From NCBI GenBank assembly GCA_036835125.1, contig DAITMO010000001.1, forward strand, positions 501,160 to 565,159: 64,000 bases of DNA, in the 5' to 3' direction. The translations under genes and the position numbers were made by a program. This stretch comes from Patescibacteria group bacterium (GTDB lineage Bacteria; Patescibacteriota; Microgenomatia; UBA8517). Positions 10,648-20,976 of the stretch are shown piece by piece. The notes under the pieces were generated by a model that searched no databases, was not told where the DNA came from, and saw only the letters and a list, made by a program, of their open reading frames with translations. The number at the start of each line of letters is the position of its first letter. Position 1 is the first letter of the stretch.

Positions 10648-11343
10648 TTACCAAACCTTGATAATCACTGATTCATGATCACCAATTTTAAGCTCTAAAC
10701 TTCCAGCTCTTTCATCCTCTTCATCAAGTCCAGGGATGAAAACATATTTGGCTTCATAGTTCAGTTGAACTGGAGCTTTAAACTTTTTGGTGAGAACGTT
10801 TTCTAGTTGGCCAAGACTTCTCGCATTATATGCGAGTAAAACCATACAATAGTTTGCCAACTGGACCTGTTGATTTGTTCCAGGATTATTCTTTTCAAAC
10901 CTTTTTTTAACTTCGTTTACATGGATTTGAAGATGTTTCTCGATGATCATTTCCACTGACTCGTCGGTGTTCTTAGCCACAATTGGTTTAGAATAAACCA
11001 AGTCTAAAAAAGACATTAGAAAAACGCAAGTTACTAATACCACCACAATGATGATGGGGATCCTCCCTGAAAAATCGGTTAAAACAAATAATAGTATTGC
11101 TAAGCCGATTATGCTCCATACCAACGGAACCAGGGCATACCATGTTTGTTGATTAATTTCACGCTTAAACATTTTGATACCATACCTTTCTGGACAAATC
11201 GTCCTAGTTCCTATTATCAAGACAAATCGTCTCAAGGAACTTACTAATACGAGCATGATTTTGAATGTGCGAGCTAAAGCGACTGTCCATAATATAACAT
11301 ATCCTATAGCCATAGTCAAGTTTGTTAGGCATAAAAAATTCAA
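10648..11343 (-). CDS. Hypothetical membrane protein. The start may be the internal Met near 11172.
   Basis: Two or three predicted TM helices followed by a soluble C-terminal region. I recognise no family. Confidence 0.4.
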   Translation of the reverse strand: MNFLCLTNLTMAIGYVILWTVALARTFKIMLVLVSSLRRFVLIIGTRTICPERYGIKMFKREINQQTWYALVPLVWSIIGLAILLFVLTDFSGRIPIIIVVVLVTCVFLMSFLDLVYSKPIVAKNTDESVEMIIEKHLQIHVNEVKKRFEKNNPGTNQQVQLANYCMVLLAYNARSLGQLENVLTKKFKAPVQLNYEAKYVFIPGLDEEDERAGSLELKIGDHESVIIKVW

Positions 11344-11361
11344 TTACGCTATACTAAATAC

Positions 11362-13272
11362 ATGAAGTTTTTGAGAAAAATAATTTTTACTTTAGCTTTT
11401 TTGTTACCTTTTGTTTCTTTTTTGATACCCTCGAAAGTTTTTGCAGAAGGTGAGTTTTCAGTTGATGCAGTTGTAACATATGATGTACAGACTTCAGGAA
11501 AGACTTTAATCAAGCATGATATAACCCTCGAAAACAACGTATCAGATTTATATGCAACAACATATTCATTAAGCTTAGAGAATATTAATGTTGAAAATGT
11601 TGGAGCATATTCTCAAGATAACACTATTCTTCCTGTTTCCACTTCTAAAGATGGGGACATTACAACAATCAAAGTAAGCTTCCCAGATTCCAGTGTTGGA
11701 AAAGGTGTTAAAAGAAATTTTTATATCACATATGAAAATTCAAGTTTTGCAGTGAGAACAGGAGAAGTGTGGGAAGTCTCAATCCCAAGACTTGGTGATA
11801 GTTCAAATTTTAGAAATTACACCCTTAATTTAAAAATTCCAAAGAGCTTTGGATTAGAAGCATATATTTCACCAAAACCTGATAGTGAGACACTGGGTGA
11901 CTCTGGATATGAATATATATTTGGAAGATCTAGTATTACTCAGACTGGAGTTAGTGCAGGATATGGTCAGTTCCAGGTATTTTCTTTTAATCTTTCATAC
12001 CACCTTGAAAACCCTCTGGCTCGTACTTCTAGTACTCAAATAGCCCTTCCTCCTGATACAGCATTTCAAAAAGTATACATACAAAGTATTGAACCTAAGC
12101 CCACAAACGTTACTTTAGACACTGATGGAAACTGGCTTGCAACATATGATTTACATTCTAGGCAGAGAGTTGATGTAAAAGTCACCGGGACAGTACAAAT
12201 ATTTGCAAGTTATAGGAATTTCTTGAAATCAAGTAATGAGCAACTTAATAATAATTTAAAAGAAACAGAATATTGGCAAGTAAATGATCCTAAAATTCAA
12301 GAACTTGCCAAGAAATTAAAAACACCAAAAGCAATTTATGATTATGTCTCTACCCATTTGTCATATGATGTTTCAAGAGTTCAACCAAACATTCAAAGAA
12401 AAGGAGCGCTTAAAGCTTTGGAAAGCCCAACTGAATCAATATGTATGGAGTTTACTGATCTTTTTGTGGCTATTGCAAGAGCAGCAGGTATTCCTGCTAG
12501 AGAAATTGAAGGTTTTGCATATACAGAAAATCCAGACCTTCAACCTATCGGACTTGTTGCAGATGTTCTTCATGCATGGCCTGAATACTATGACACAGAG
12601 AAAGGTATATGGATTCCAATTGACCCAACTTGGGGTTCAACTACTGGGGGGGAAGATTTTTTTAATAAATTAGATTTAAGGCATTTTGCTTTTGTAATTC
12701 ATGGAGAAAGTGATAAAGAACCATATTCACCAGGCTCCTATAAACTTGGTCCAAATCCTCAAAAAGACATATATGTTTCCTTTGGACAACTTCCTGAAAA
12801 TAGAATTAGTAGCCCTTCGGTTTTATTAAAACCTTTTCGAATTCTCCCTTTTTTTAGCTCAATATATGACGCTCAAATAAAAAACCCTGGGCCAGCTGCT
12901 TTGTACTCAGTTGTTTCAAATATTTATTACGATTCAGTATTAAAAACAAGCGATGTTATTGACGTAATGCCTCCATATTCATCTAAAGATGTACAAATTA
13001 CAGTTCCATACAGTTTTCTTGGTAAAGATACACCTAACATAATTAAAGTAACTGTAGGAAGTGGAACAACTGAAATTATTACCAACAAGAAGCAAATTAT
13101 TCTATATAGCCTTCTCGTAGGATCAGCCATCTTAATAATAGTTATTACAATCGTATTAATACGAGTAAAAAAAATTAATATTTTTACATTTTTTGCTAGA
13201 ATAGTAGCTTCAAGGAAAAAGAATGAAGAAAAGTATATTTCAAAACCTCCCGAAAATTCAGATAACCCCTAA
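11362..13272 (+). CDS. Secreted, membrane-anchored transglutaminase-like cysteine protease-domain protein
   Basis: Signal peptide; transglutaminase core with a Cys...His...Asp pattern (SICMEFTDLFVAIARAAGIPAREIEGFAY ... HAWPEYYD ... WIPIDPTWG); C-terminal TM helix. Confidence 0.6.
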   Translation: MKFLRKIIFTLAFLLPFVSFLIPSKVFAEGEFSVDAVVTYDVQTSGKTLIKHDITLENNVSDLYATTYSLSLENINVENVGAYSQDNTILPVSTSKDGDITTIKVSFPDSSVGKGVKRNFYITYENSSFAVRTGEVWEVSIPRLGDSSNFRNYTLNLKIPKSFGLEAYISPKPDSETLGDSGYEYIFGRSSITQTGVSAGYGQFQVFSFNLSYHLENPLARTSSTQIALPPDTAFQKVYIQSIEPKPTNVTLDTDGNWLATYDLHSRQRVDVKVTGTVQIFASYRNFLKSSNEQLNNNLKETEYWQVNDPKIQELAKKLKTPKAIYDYVSTHLSYDVSRVQPNIQRKGALKALESPTESICMEFTDLFVAIARAAGIPAREIEGFAYTENPDLQPIGLVADVLHAWPEYYDTEKGIWIPIDPTWGSTTGGEDFFNKLDLRHFAFVIHGESDKEPYSPGSYKLGPNPQKDIYVSFGQLPENRISSPSVLLKPFRILPFFSSIYDAQIKNPGPAALYSVVSNIYYDSVLKTSDVIDVMPPYSSKDVQITVPYSFLGKDTPNIIKVTVGSGTTEIITNKKQIILYSLLVGSAILIIVITIVLIRVKKINIFTFFARIVASRKKNEEKYISKPPENSDNP

Positions 13273-14575
13273 GGCATATCTTTTATTGCCAGAGACACCA
13301 GGGGTCTATATGTATTTCAAAAACGATTTTCCAATTTACGTTGGCAAAGCAAAAAATTTAAAACGAAGGGTAGCTTCATATTTTAGACTTAATCTTGAAA
13401 CAAAGACTTCAAAAATGATTAATGAAGCTAATAAGATGTCTTTTATAAAAGCCACAAGTGATTTAGAAGCACTTTTATTGGAGGCAAGATTAATTAAAAT
13501 GTTTATGCCCAAGTACAATATTGTGGCAAAAGATGACAAACACCCTTTATATATTCAAATTACAAAAGAAGAACTTCCAAGAATTAAAACAGTACGAAAA
13601 TCAGATTTAAATAAAATAGTATCCCTTGCAAATTATGGCCCATTTCCATCGTCAACAAATGTGAAATTTGTTTTGAAAATGCTAAGAAAGATTTTTCCTT
13701 ATTCAGATCACAAACTTGGCAAAAGAGCATGTTTATATTCACAAATAGGACTTTGTTATCCCTGCCCAAATGAAATTAATAATAACAACGACATAATCTC
13801 TAAAAAAAATCAAATAAATACATATAAAAGTAATATAAGACATATTAAATCCATGTTGGATGGAAAAATTGAGAAGGTTAAGAGTGAACTTGAAAAAGAT
13901 ATGAAAAATTATTCTCAAAAAGAAGATTTTGAAAATGCAGCCTTAATACGAAATAAAATTTTAAAGCTTGAATATATAACAAGTCCAAATATTAACCCCG
14001 ATGAATATTTAGAAAATCCTAATCTTTATGAAGATATTAGAAAAAATGAATTAAATGAACTCAAAAGTATTCTTTCAAAGTTTAATATATTTATTTCAGG
14101 ATTAAAAAGAATTGAATGTTATGATGTTGCTCATTTACAAGGAAAGGGTACTGCTGCTTCAATGGTTGTGTTTATTGATGGAGAAGCCGAAAAAAATTTA
14201 TATAGACATTTTAAAGTGTATCAAGAAAGCAAAAATGATGACTACGCATCAATGAGAGAAATTGCTAAAAGACGCATTAAACACCTTGTTGATTGGGGAA
14301 AACCAAACTTAATAATAGTAGATGGGGGTAAAGGTCAACTTTCTATGTTTTTAAAAGAGTTTAACAATCTAAACATTCCAGTTATTGGACTTGCTAAAAG
14401 ATTTGAAACATTAGTGATCCCTGTTGATTATCTTGGTTCAAAAACTTTTAAGGAATTTAGACTACCAAAAGGTAGTTCACTAAATTTAGTTCAAAGAATT
14501 AGAAATGAAGCTCACCGTTTTGCTCAAAGATATCACCATAAACTAATATCAAAAAGTTTAAAATTTGATAATTAA
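13223..14575 (+). CDS. uvrC: Excinuclease ABC subunit C, truncated form lacking the C-terminal (HhH)2 domain
   Basis: GIY-YIG domain (PGVYMYF...IYVGKAKNLKRRVASYF), a UVR domain and an endonuclease domain (IIVDGGKGQLS; RIRNEAHRF). Only 450 aa; its start overlaps the preceding gene's 3' end by 50 nt. Confidence 0.8.
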   Translation: MKKSIFQNLPKIQITPKAYLLLPETPGVYMYFKNDFPIYVGKAKNLKRRVASYFRLNLETKTSKMINEANKMSFIKATSDLEALLLEARLIKMFMPKYNIVAKDDKHPLYIQITKEELPRIKTVRKSDLNKIVSLANYGPFPSSTNVKFVLKMLRKIFPYSDHKLGKRACLYSQIGLCYPCPNEINNNNDIISKKNQINTYKSNIRHIKSMLDGKIEKVKSELEKDMKNYSQKEDFENAALIRNKILKLEYITSPNINPDEYLENPNLYEDIRKNELNELKSILSKFNIFISGLKRIECYDVAHLQGKGTAASMVVFIDGEAEKNLYRHFKVYQESKNDDYASMREIAKRRIKHLVDWGKPNLIIVDGGKGQLSMFLKEFNNLNIPVIGLAKRFETLVIPVDYLGSKTFKEFRLPKGSSLNLVQRIRNEAHRFAQRYHHKLISKSLKFDN

Positions 14576-15008
14576 TCAAATAGAAGGATATACTTTAATT
14601 ACTATGATTAGGCGTGCCCTAAAATATTTTCTAATAAATTCAGTTACTTTATATCTTCTTTCTCTTGCAATATCTGGAATGGTTTTTGAAAAAGGTTTCA
14701 CAACAGTTGTTTTGGCAGGAGTTGGGCTAACAGTTGCTTCGCTTGTAATAAAACCAATTATAAATGTGCTTCTGTTACCAATTAATCTTGTTACATTTGG
14801 ACTTTTTAGATGGGTTAGCTATGCTGTTACTTTTTATGTGATTACTCTTGTTGTACCTGGGTTTAAAATAGTAGAGTTTGTTTTTCATGGCTTAAATTCA
14901 AACTGGATTACAATACCATCTTTAGCCTTAAGTGGGGTTTTGGCAGTTATTGCTTTTTCTTTTATTACATCAATAGTTTCATCTCTTCTAGACTGGCTTC
15001 TTAAGTAA
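14565..15008 (+). CDS. Hypothetical 4-TM membrane protein
   Basis: 147 aa with four hydrophobic helices. It overlaps the uvrC stop. Confidence 0.4.
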   Translation: MIINQIEGYTLITMIRRALKYFLINSVTLYLLSLAISGMVFEKGFTTVVLAGVGLTVASLVIKPIINVLLLPINLVTFGLFRWVSYAVTFYVITLVVPGFKIVEFVFHGLNSNWITIPSLALSGVLAVIAFSFITSIVSSLLDWLLK

Positions 15009-15035
15009 GAATTATGATGTTATAATAACCTATCT

Positions 15036-15242
15036 ATGAGTCAGGCTTTAAGTATATTTCATATAATTATATCTATATCACTAGTTGTTTTAGTATTAAT
15101 CCAAGCGAGAGGAACTGGCTTTGGGCGAGGTATGGGGGGGACTTCTTTTACAAGGCGTGGACTTGAGAAGCTTGTTTTTAGACTTACTTTTGTTGTTGCT
15201 GCTTTGTTTATTATATTATCCGTTTTAATGCTGGTTTTATAA
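15036..15242 (+). CDS. secG: Preprotein translocase subunit SecG
   Basis: 68 aa with two TM helices and the SecG signature LVLIQARGTGFGRGMGG. Confidence 0.7.
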   Translation: MSQALSIFHIIISISLVVLVLIQARGTGFGRGMGGTSFTRRGLEKLVFRLTFVVAALFIILSVLMLVL

Positions 15243-16565
15243 ATGTTAAATATTCGCTACATTTTTAGACTCATTGGTGCCTTTTTTTCAAGATTTAGGA
15301 TTCTTATTTTTGCAGGAATAGGTTTAGGGGTATTAGTTTTTTTTCTTTTAGGTTTTTTATTACCCAGCATTGATTCAACTAAAAAATTACGAATTGGTGA
15401 GACAGGAAGATACTCAATAAGTAATCTACCTTCTGACATCCTAAGCTTAATAGGAAACGGCTTAACTAAAATAGATTCTGATGGTAGTGTTATACCCGAC
15501 CTAGCCTCTTCATGGGAAACAACAGATAAAGGAAAAACCTGGTATTTTACATTGAAAGATAATATTTATTGGCAAAATGGAGATAAAGTAAAAAGTAAAG
15601 AAATAGTTTACCAATTTTCTGATGTGAGTATAGAGTATATTGATGATAAAACTATCGTATTTAAGCTTCAGAATGCATATTCTGCTTTTCCGGCAGTAGT
15701 TTCAAAGCCTGTATTTAAAAGTGGTCTTTTGGGTACAGGGGATTGGAAAGTTTCAAAAATATCACTAAATGGTTCGATTGTTGAGGAAATTAGTTTGGAA
15801 TCTAAAGATAAAGTAAAAATTGTTTATAAATTTTATCCAACAGAGGAAAGAACTAAAGTAGCATTTCAACTAGGACAAGTAGATCAAATAAGAGGCCTTT
15901 TTAATCCTTCTCCATTTAACGATTGGAAAAGAATAAAAATTGATAAACAAGTTAATTATGGAGAATTTGTGGCCGTATTTTTTAACACTCAAGACCCGAT
16001 TTTGACAAATAAATCCTTAAGACAAGCATTGTCCTATGCAGTAGATAAAAACATTTTAGGAGAGAATCGAGCATTAGGACCAATATCAAAAACTTCCTGG
16101 GCATACAACCCTCAAGTAAAACCATATAGTTATGATCTTAAAAAAGCAAAGGAAATAGTAAGTGATTATAAAAGTGAAAATAAAATAGAGGATTTAACAA
16201 TTAACTTGACCACATCATCCGTTTTATTAGATATCTCAGAAATTATAAAGAGAAATTGGGAAGAAATTGGTGTAAAGGTAAATATTCAAGTATTGTCAGT
16301 AATTCCCACTGAATATCAAGCATTTCTTGCTATTTATGATTCCCCGGATGATCCAGATCAGTACTCAATGTGGCATTCAACTCAAACTTCTACAAACATA
16401 ACACATTATGTAGATCCTAGAATAGATAAACTTCTAGAAGACGGTAGATCTGAGGTAGATCTTGAATCCAGGAAAAAGATTTATTTAGATTTCCAAAGAT
16501 TTTTAGTTGAAGATTCACCTGCAGCTTTCCTCTATTATCCAAGTACATATACTATTTCAAGATAA
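15243..16565 (+). CDS. Solute-binding protein family 5 (peptide/nickel ABC-type SBP)-like protein, membrane anchored
   Basis: N-terminal TM helix, then an SBP_bac_5-like region (PDLASSWETTDKGKTWYFTLKDNIYWQNGDKV). No permease or ATPase genes are adjacent. Confidence 0.5.
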   Translation: MLNIRYIFRLIGAFFSRFRILIFAGIGLGVLVFFLLGFLLPSIDSTKKLRIGETGRYSISNLPSDILSLIGNGLTKIDSDGSVIPDLASSWETTDKGKTWYFTLKDNIYWQNGDKVKSKEIVYQFSDVSIEYIDDKTIVFKLQNAYSAFPAVVSKPVFKSGLLGTGDWKVSKISLNGSIVEEISLESKDKVKIVYKFYPTEERTKVAFQLGQVDQIRGLFNPSPFNDWKRIKIDKQVNYGEFVAVFFNTQDPILTNKSLRQALSYAVDKNILGENRALGPISKTSWAYNPQVKPYSYDLKKAKEIVSDYKSENKIEDLTINLTTSSVLLDISEIIKRNWEEIGVKVNIQVLSVIPTEYQAFLAIYDSPDDPDQYSMWHSTQTSTNITHYVDPRIDKLLEDGRSEVDLESRKKIYLDFQRFLVEDSPAAFLYYPSTYTISR

Positions 16566-16627
16566 TCATTGCTACTCTGCAAAAGCATTAGCCTCGTGTT
16601 AAAATATGCTTGTTGTAGACACAACAT

Positions 16628-16704
16628 GGTGGTCGTAGCTCAATGGTTCAGAGCGCCTCCCTGTGGAGGAGGAGGTTGGGAGTTCGAATCTCCTCGACCA
16701 CCCA
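16628..16704 (+). tRNA. tRNA-His (anticodon GTG)
   Basis: Cloverleaf with a G-1 extra base pairing C73, anticodon loop CTGTGGA and T arm GGGAG/TTCGAAT. Confidence 0.8.
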
Positions 16705-16772
16705 TAGTAGTTAATTGTTTTTCTTTATTTCTAAAATTTGTAACCTGTAGTATTTTGGTATAAAATCCAGAC

Positions 16773-18257
16773 ATGTTTCATGTCTATCTGATTATATTAC
16801 TGTATGCCATTTTTAGAGCTACTCGTGGCGTGATCAGAACTAAAAGATCTTTTAGTTGGATTATCCACAATTCCAGATCGCTTGAATCAAAAGTTACTAA
16901 TAAAAAGGAATCTAAAATTTATATACTCATACCTGTTTTGAGAGAACAAGAAATTATTGAAGACACGTTCAATAATTTTACCAAGTTGAATGGAAATTAT
17001 AAGGTTATATTTATTACAACAAAAAGGGAAGAGACTGACAGAATTACCAATCTCAGAACCTTAAAGAAAATAAAAAATAAGCTTCTGTATGCCAATAATA
17101 AACAGTCCTTCATATACCTTTCTAACGGTATATTCCCAAAATCATTGGCCCTAAGTCTATATGGCAAAAAGTGGAAGGAAATAGTTTCTGCTTTTAATAA
17201 ACTACCAAATACTAAGACATTACTAAAATCTTTGATTGACTCTTCTTCAAAAAAAATTAAGTCACGAGTGTCAATTTACGACTACCCGAAAACCATTGGC
17301 AACATGTCCGACCAGTTAAATTTTGCATTAAGAAAACTTTTAAAAACTGAGGATTTACAAAACACCTATGTTTGTATATACAATGCTGATTCTATTGTTT
17401 CAAGAGATTTTCCACTTTATGTAAAAAATTTTGTAAACAAAAACCCTAAAGCAGAAGTGATACAGCAATCAGCATTGTTCCTATCTAATTTTACAGAATT
17501 AGGAAGTAATATTTCCGGATCATTATTAAAAGCAGTTGCACTTTTGCAAAGCAGATGGACACTCGCTCATGAAATGCCTAGAATTTTTAACCAACTCAGA
17601 TCAATTTCAGAAGGTGCACATATAGTGGGCCATGGCTTAATAATTAAGCTTAGTGTTATAAAAAGGGTTGGTTATTTCCCCACTAGTTATGTTAATGAAG
17701 ATTTGCCGTTTGGTTATATCCTTAAATTGAACGGATATAACATTTACCCTTTTCCACAACTTGAAAATGCACAATCTCCAACGTCAATTAAGAGTATGTT
17801 TACTCAATATACAACATGGTTTTATGGGGCATTTCATTACCCTAAATACATGTTAAATGCCTTTAGGGAATATCCAAATAAGAGAGTCCAGGCATTTGTA
17901 TGGGGTACAAAATATTCAATTAGATCTATTTTCTGGTTAGGTTTATCATTGACGTGGTTATTTATATTTATCTACCCATTATTTATTGGAAACGTTTTTT
18001 TGTTTGCTATAGCTTTATTAGTTTTTATTGTTTATTCTCCGTTCTGTTTTTATATGATTGAAAAAGAATTAAACAAGAATAATAAAAAGATTTTCGGGAC
18101 AAATGTATTTAAAGAACTTATTATCACTCCAGCAACCTATTTCATGAGTATTCCAGCATATTTAACACATAGTTTTGGTCCAGTTAAAGCCACCATTGAA
18201 ACGTTTAAATCGCTTTTGTTTAGAAGTGAAATTAAAAAAATGAAAACTGAAAGATAA
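16773..18257 (+). CDS. Putative membrane-anchored family-2-like glycosyltransferase
   Basis: 494 aa. GT2-like segments (YILIPVLREQEII, YNADSIV, LQSRW, EDLPFGY) followed by C-terminal TM helices. The family call is tentative. Confidence 0.45.
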   Translation: MFHVYLIILLYAIFRATRGVIRTKRSFSWIIHNSRSLESKVTNKKESKIYILIPVLREQEIIEDTFNNFTKLNGNYKVIFITTKREETDRITNLRTLKKIKNKLLYANNKQSFIYLSNGIFPKSLALSLYGKKWKEIVSAFNKLPNTKTLLKSLIDSSSKKIKSRVSIYDYPKTIGNMSDQLNFALRKLLKTEDLQNTYVCIYNADSIVSRDFPLYVKNFVNKNPKAEVIQQSALFLSNFTELGSNISGSLLKAVALLQSRWTLAHEMPRIFNQLRSISEGAHIVGHGLIIKLSVIKRVGYFPTSYVNEDLPFGYILKLNGYNIYPFPQLENAQSPTSIKSMFTQYTTWFYGAFHYPKYMLNAFREYPNKRVQAFVWGTKYSIRSIFWLGLSLTWLFIFIYPLFIGNVFLFAIALLVFIVYSPFCFYMIEKELNKNNKKIFGTNVFKELIITPATYFMSIPAYLTHSFGPVKATIETFKSLLFRSEIKKMKTER

Positions 18258-18258
18258 C

Positions 18259-19041
18259 ATGACAACTGAATTTGACACATATTGCAAACTTAATTTTTCC
18301 CAATCTGAGGTTGTTGGTTTCAATGGAAGGAGTGTTCCTAATCAGATTGCTATAGAGGGCAATGTTGGAGCAGGGAAAAGCACTGTTGCTATACTATTTG
18401 GGCAACAATATGGTTACCCACATATTGGCGAATATGGTAATTATGTCAATTTTTCGAGTAACGAGAAATTCCCCATTTTTCCACCAGAAAAAGAATTGGA
18501 TATTATTTCATCTAATCCATTATGGCTAAATCTTGAATTTAGAAGGCAAAGGCACATGATCGATTCTATAAAAGAAAGCAACAAAAGAATGCTTCTTGTA
18601 GAAAGATCTCCATTTTCACTGATAGCTTTTGAATATGCAAAAATGAAACAAGGTTTACCATATGAAATTTCGAACTTAGCTGGCAATTACGCCATGCTAA
18701 TTCAAACTAATCATATAAAAGAACCTTTAGGATATGTATTTTTAAACGCTTCTACCACAACTATTGCTAATAGAATAGCTGAAAGAGGGGGAAGATCTAT
18801 AGACTTTTTATTTGACCCTTTGACTTGTCGACATATTGACCAATTCTTCACATTTATTAAACAAAATTATTTTGCACAGACACCTTATATTGATATACAA
18901 ACAGATAATAAAAGACCAGATGTTATTACTCGAGAGATTAAATCGTTTTGGGAATCAATTCACAACGTAACAAATAATCAACCAATTAACAAATTTTGTA
19001 TTGACGTTCTCACAGAAAAGGTTATTTTTGAACAAATATGA
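18259..19041 (+). CDS. Deoxynucleoside kinase family protein
   Basis: P-loop IAIEGNVGAGKST and the ERS motif (LLVERSPFS) typical of dCK/dGK/TK2-type kinases. Confidence 0.7.
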   Translation: MTTEFDTYCKLNFSQSEVVGFNGRSVPNQIAIEGNVGAGKSTVAILFGQQYGYPHIGEYGNYVNFSSNEKFPIFPPEKELDIISSNPLWLNLEFRRQRHMIDSIKESNKRMLLVERSPFSLIAFEYAKMKQGLPYEISNLAGNYAMLIQTNHIKEPLGYVFLNASTTTIANRIAERGGRSIDFLFDPLTCRHIDQFFTFIKQNYFAQTPYIDIQTDNKRPDVITREIKSFWESIHNVTNNQPINKFCIDVLTEKVIFEQI

Positions 19042-20261
19042 TAAAGAAAAAAGTGTTTTTATTGGCTGACATAGGAAAAAACAAAAAGGGATTCTATCAC
19101 GTAGGAGATGAAGCCATGTTTTTGTCAAACCTAGAGAATTACAGGAAAAATGGAATTGAAGTATTTGCGTCATCACGATCAATTTGTCACCCTGAGCTAA
19201 AAGGCCATGAAGTTTTGGACATTTATATTTTGAACTTATTACAATTTACTGGTCTGTTATTGTCTGCTATTTTGTTTAGGCTTACAAATATAAATTTCTT
19301 TCCATTGTTTTTTAGAAAGACGATTGAATGTCTAATCTCCTGTGATACCTTACACATTTCTGGAGGGGGTAATATCACAGATTTATGGCCGGGGCATATT
19401 TATTACAGATCTCTAATGATCATTATTGCTAAACTTTATGGAAAGAGGATCATATTAACAAGCCAGTCTTTAGGACCAATAAACAAAATTAGACACAAAA
19501 TAATTTTGCATTTTGTGTTAAATAATGTCGATTACATTGGTCTAAGAGACAATAGTTTTTCGCGTAAAACTGCAGACATGCTAAAAATTGACAAAAACAG
19601 AATTCATTTTAATTATGACGACGCTCTTTTCTGGTTGACCAAACAAAAAATACTATCTAGATCTAAAAAAATCGTAAATGTTGGTATTTCGTTACATGAT
19701 CCAAAAAATAATGATATAACCAAGGAAATTATTAACTTTTTGAGGGAGATAACAAAAAGGCATAAAGAAATAAAAATACACTTTATTCCACACATGCTTG
19801 ATTCGGATGATAATTATGATGTTGAATATGCTAAAAAGATTGTAAGTTATCTTAATGGGAAAAATATAAGAATTTTTGATTCTAAGCATCTTAATGCCAA
19901 AAAAACACTAGCAGAACAAATAAGACAAATTACAGGAAAAATGGATTTTGTAATTGCTTCAAGATACCATGGACTAGTATTTGCCATATCATCGCAAATA
20001 CCATTTTTAGCAATTAATTTTGACAATGATTATTATAAAGGGAAAAATACAGGTTTAATTAAAGTTTTTACAAAAAAATATAGTGATTTTGCTATTGACT
20101 TTAAACACATAAAATCAGATTATATTCTAAGTAAATTTAATGAAATCTATAAAAATAGAGTAAAAATACAGCATCAACTGAACAATTTTATAAAAAAGGC
20201 AGATGAAGAAAACAACGAAACCAAAAATAGTATTTATAGACTGGAGTGGGACTCTTTCTAA
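19038..20261 (+). CDS. Polysaccharide pyruvyl transferase family protein (CsaB/WcaK-like)
   Basis: Motif ASRYHGLVFAISSQIPFLAINFD is characteristic of PS_pyruv_trans. Overlaps both neighbouring genes. Confidence 0.6.
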   Translation: MIKKKVFLLADIGKNKKGFYHVGDEAMFLSNLENYRKNGIEVFASSRSICHPELKGHEVLDIYILNLLQFTGLLLSAILFRLTNINFFPLFFRKTIECLISCDTLHISGGGNITDLWPGHIYYRSLMIIIAKLYGKRIILTSQSLGPINKIRHKIILHFVLNNVDYIGLRDNSFSRKTADMLKIDKNRIHFNYDDALFWLTKQKILSRSKKIVNVGISLHDPKNNDITKEIINFLREITKRHKEIKIHFIPHMLDSDDNYDVEYAKKIVSYLNGKNIRIFDSKHLNAKKTLAEQIRQITGKMDFVIASRYHGLVFAISSQIPFLAINFDNDYYKGKNTGLIKVFTKKYSDFAIDFKHIKSDYILSKFNEIYKNRVKIQHQLNNFIKKADEENNETKNSIYRLEWDSF

Positions 20262-20847
20262 ATCCAAGTTTTGGGGTCACCTAGAGGCTTCTAACAACGA
20301 TTTATTTAAAAAGATAGAAGACAGTCTGTTCAAAAATAACATTGATCTAATTAAACCTTGGATGAAAGGGGAAATGACAAGTGAAGACGTGGTTAAAAGA
20401 ATTTCGGATGAAACAGGGCTAGATTACAAAGTGGTTTTTGAAGAATTTGCAAACGGGTGTAAGCTTATGGAGTTTGTCGATCCTAAAGTCCCAGAATTGG
20501 TTAAAAAAATACAAAAAAGAGGAATTAAAGTTTACATAGCTTCAAACAACATGGACTCTTTTAATCGGTGGACAATTCCAGCTATGAAGCTTGAGATGTT
20601 ATTTGATGGGATAATAAATTCCTTTCCTATCAAAGCTCTAAAACACGATTTTACTGAGAGTGGAATTAGTTTGTTTTTTGATCAAACGCTTACAAAAGAA
20701 GGCGTAACGGCAAAAGAAACTATTCTAATTGATGATAGTGAGGATAAAGAAAATAAGTTGTCAAATTATGGAATTAACTACCACAGAATAACAGATCAAA
20801 GAACATTAGTAGATGAATTAACTTCTTTATTGACCCAGGAAACGTAA
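20203..20847 (+). CDS. HAD-superfamily hydrolase
   Basis: HAD motif I FIDWSGTL and motif IV LIDDSEDK. Overlaps the pyruvyl transferase gene by 59 nt. Confidence 0.6.
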   Translation: MKKTTKPKIVFIDWSGTLSKSKFWGHLEASNNDLFKKIEDSLFKNNIDLIKPWMKGEMTSEDVVKRISDETGLDYKVVFEEFANGCKLMEFVDPKVPELVKKIQKRGIKVYIASNNMDSFNRWTIPAMKLEMLFDGIINSFPIKALKHDFTESGISLFFDQTLTKEGVTAKETILIDDSEDKENKLSNYGINYHRITDQRTLVDELTSLLTQET

Positions 20848-20976
20848 ATCAACGATTTTAATATCTCTACTTCTTTACTTTCTGCATTGGTATAATAGGT
20901 GTGAACATCGTCTACAAGCTGACCCATAAAACTAGAGTTTGTTTTTTTATATTATTTCTGTCATTATCTTCATTAA

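Noticed and set aside
16569-16763. Four ORFs from the six-frame track that fall on tRNA genes (also 25366..25587, 29240..29473 and 34565..34753)
   Set aside because: Each one runs across a well-folded tRNA gene and has no protein-like composition. They are spurious.
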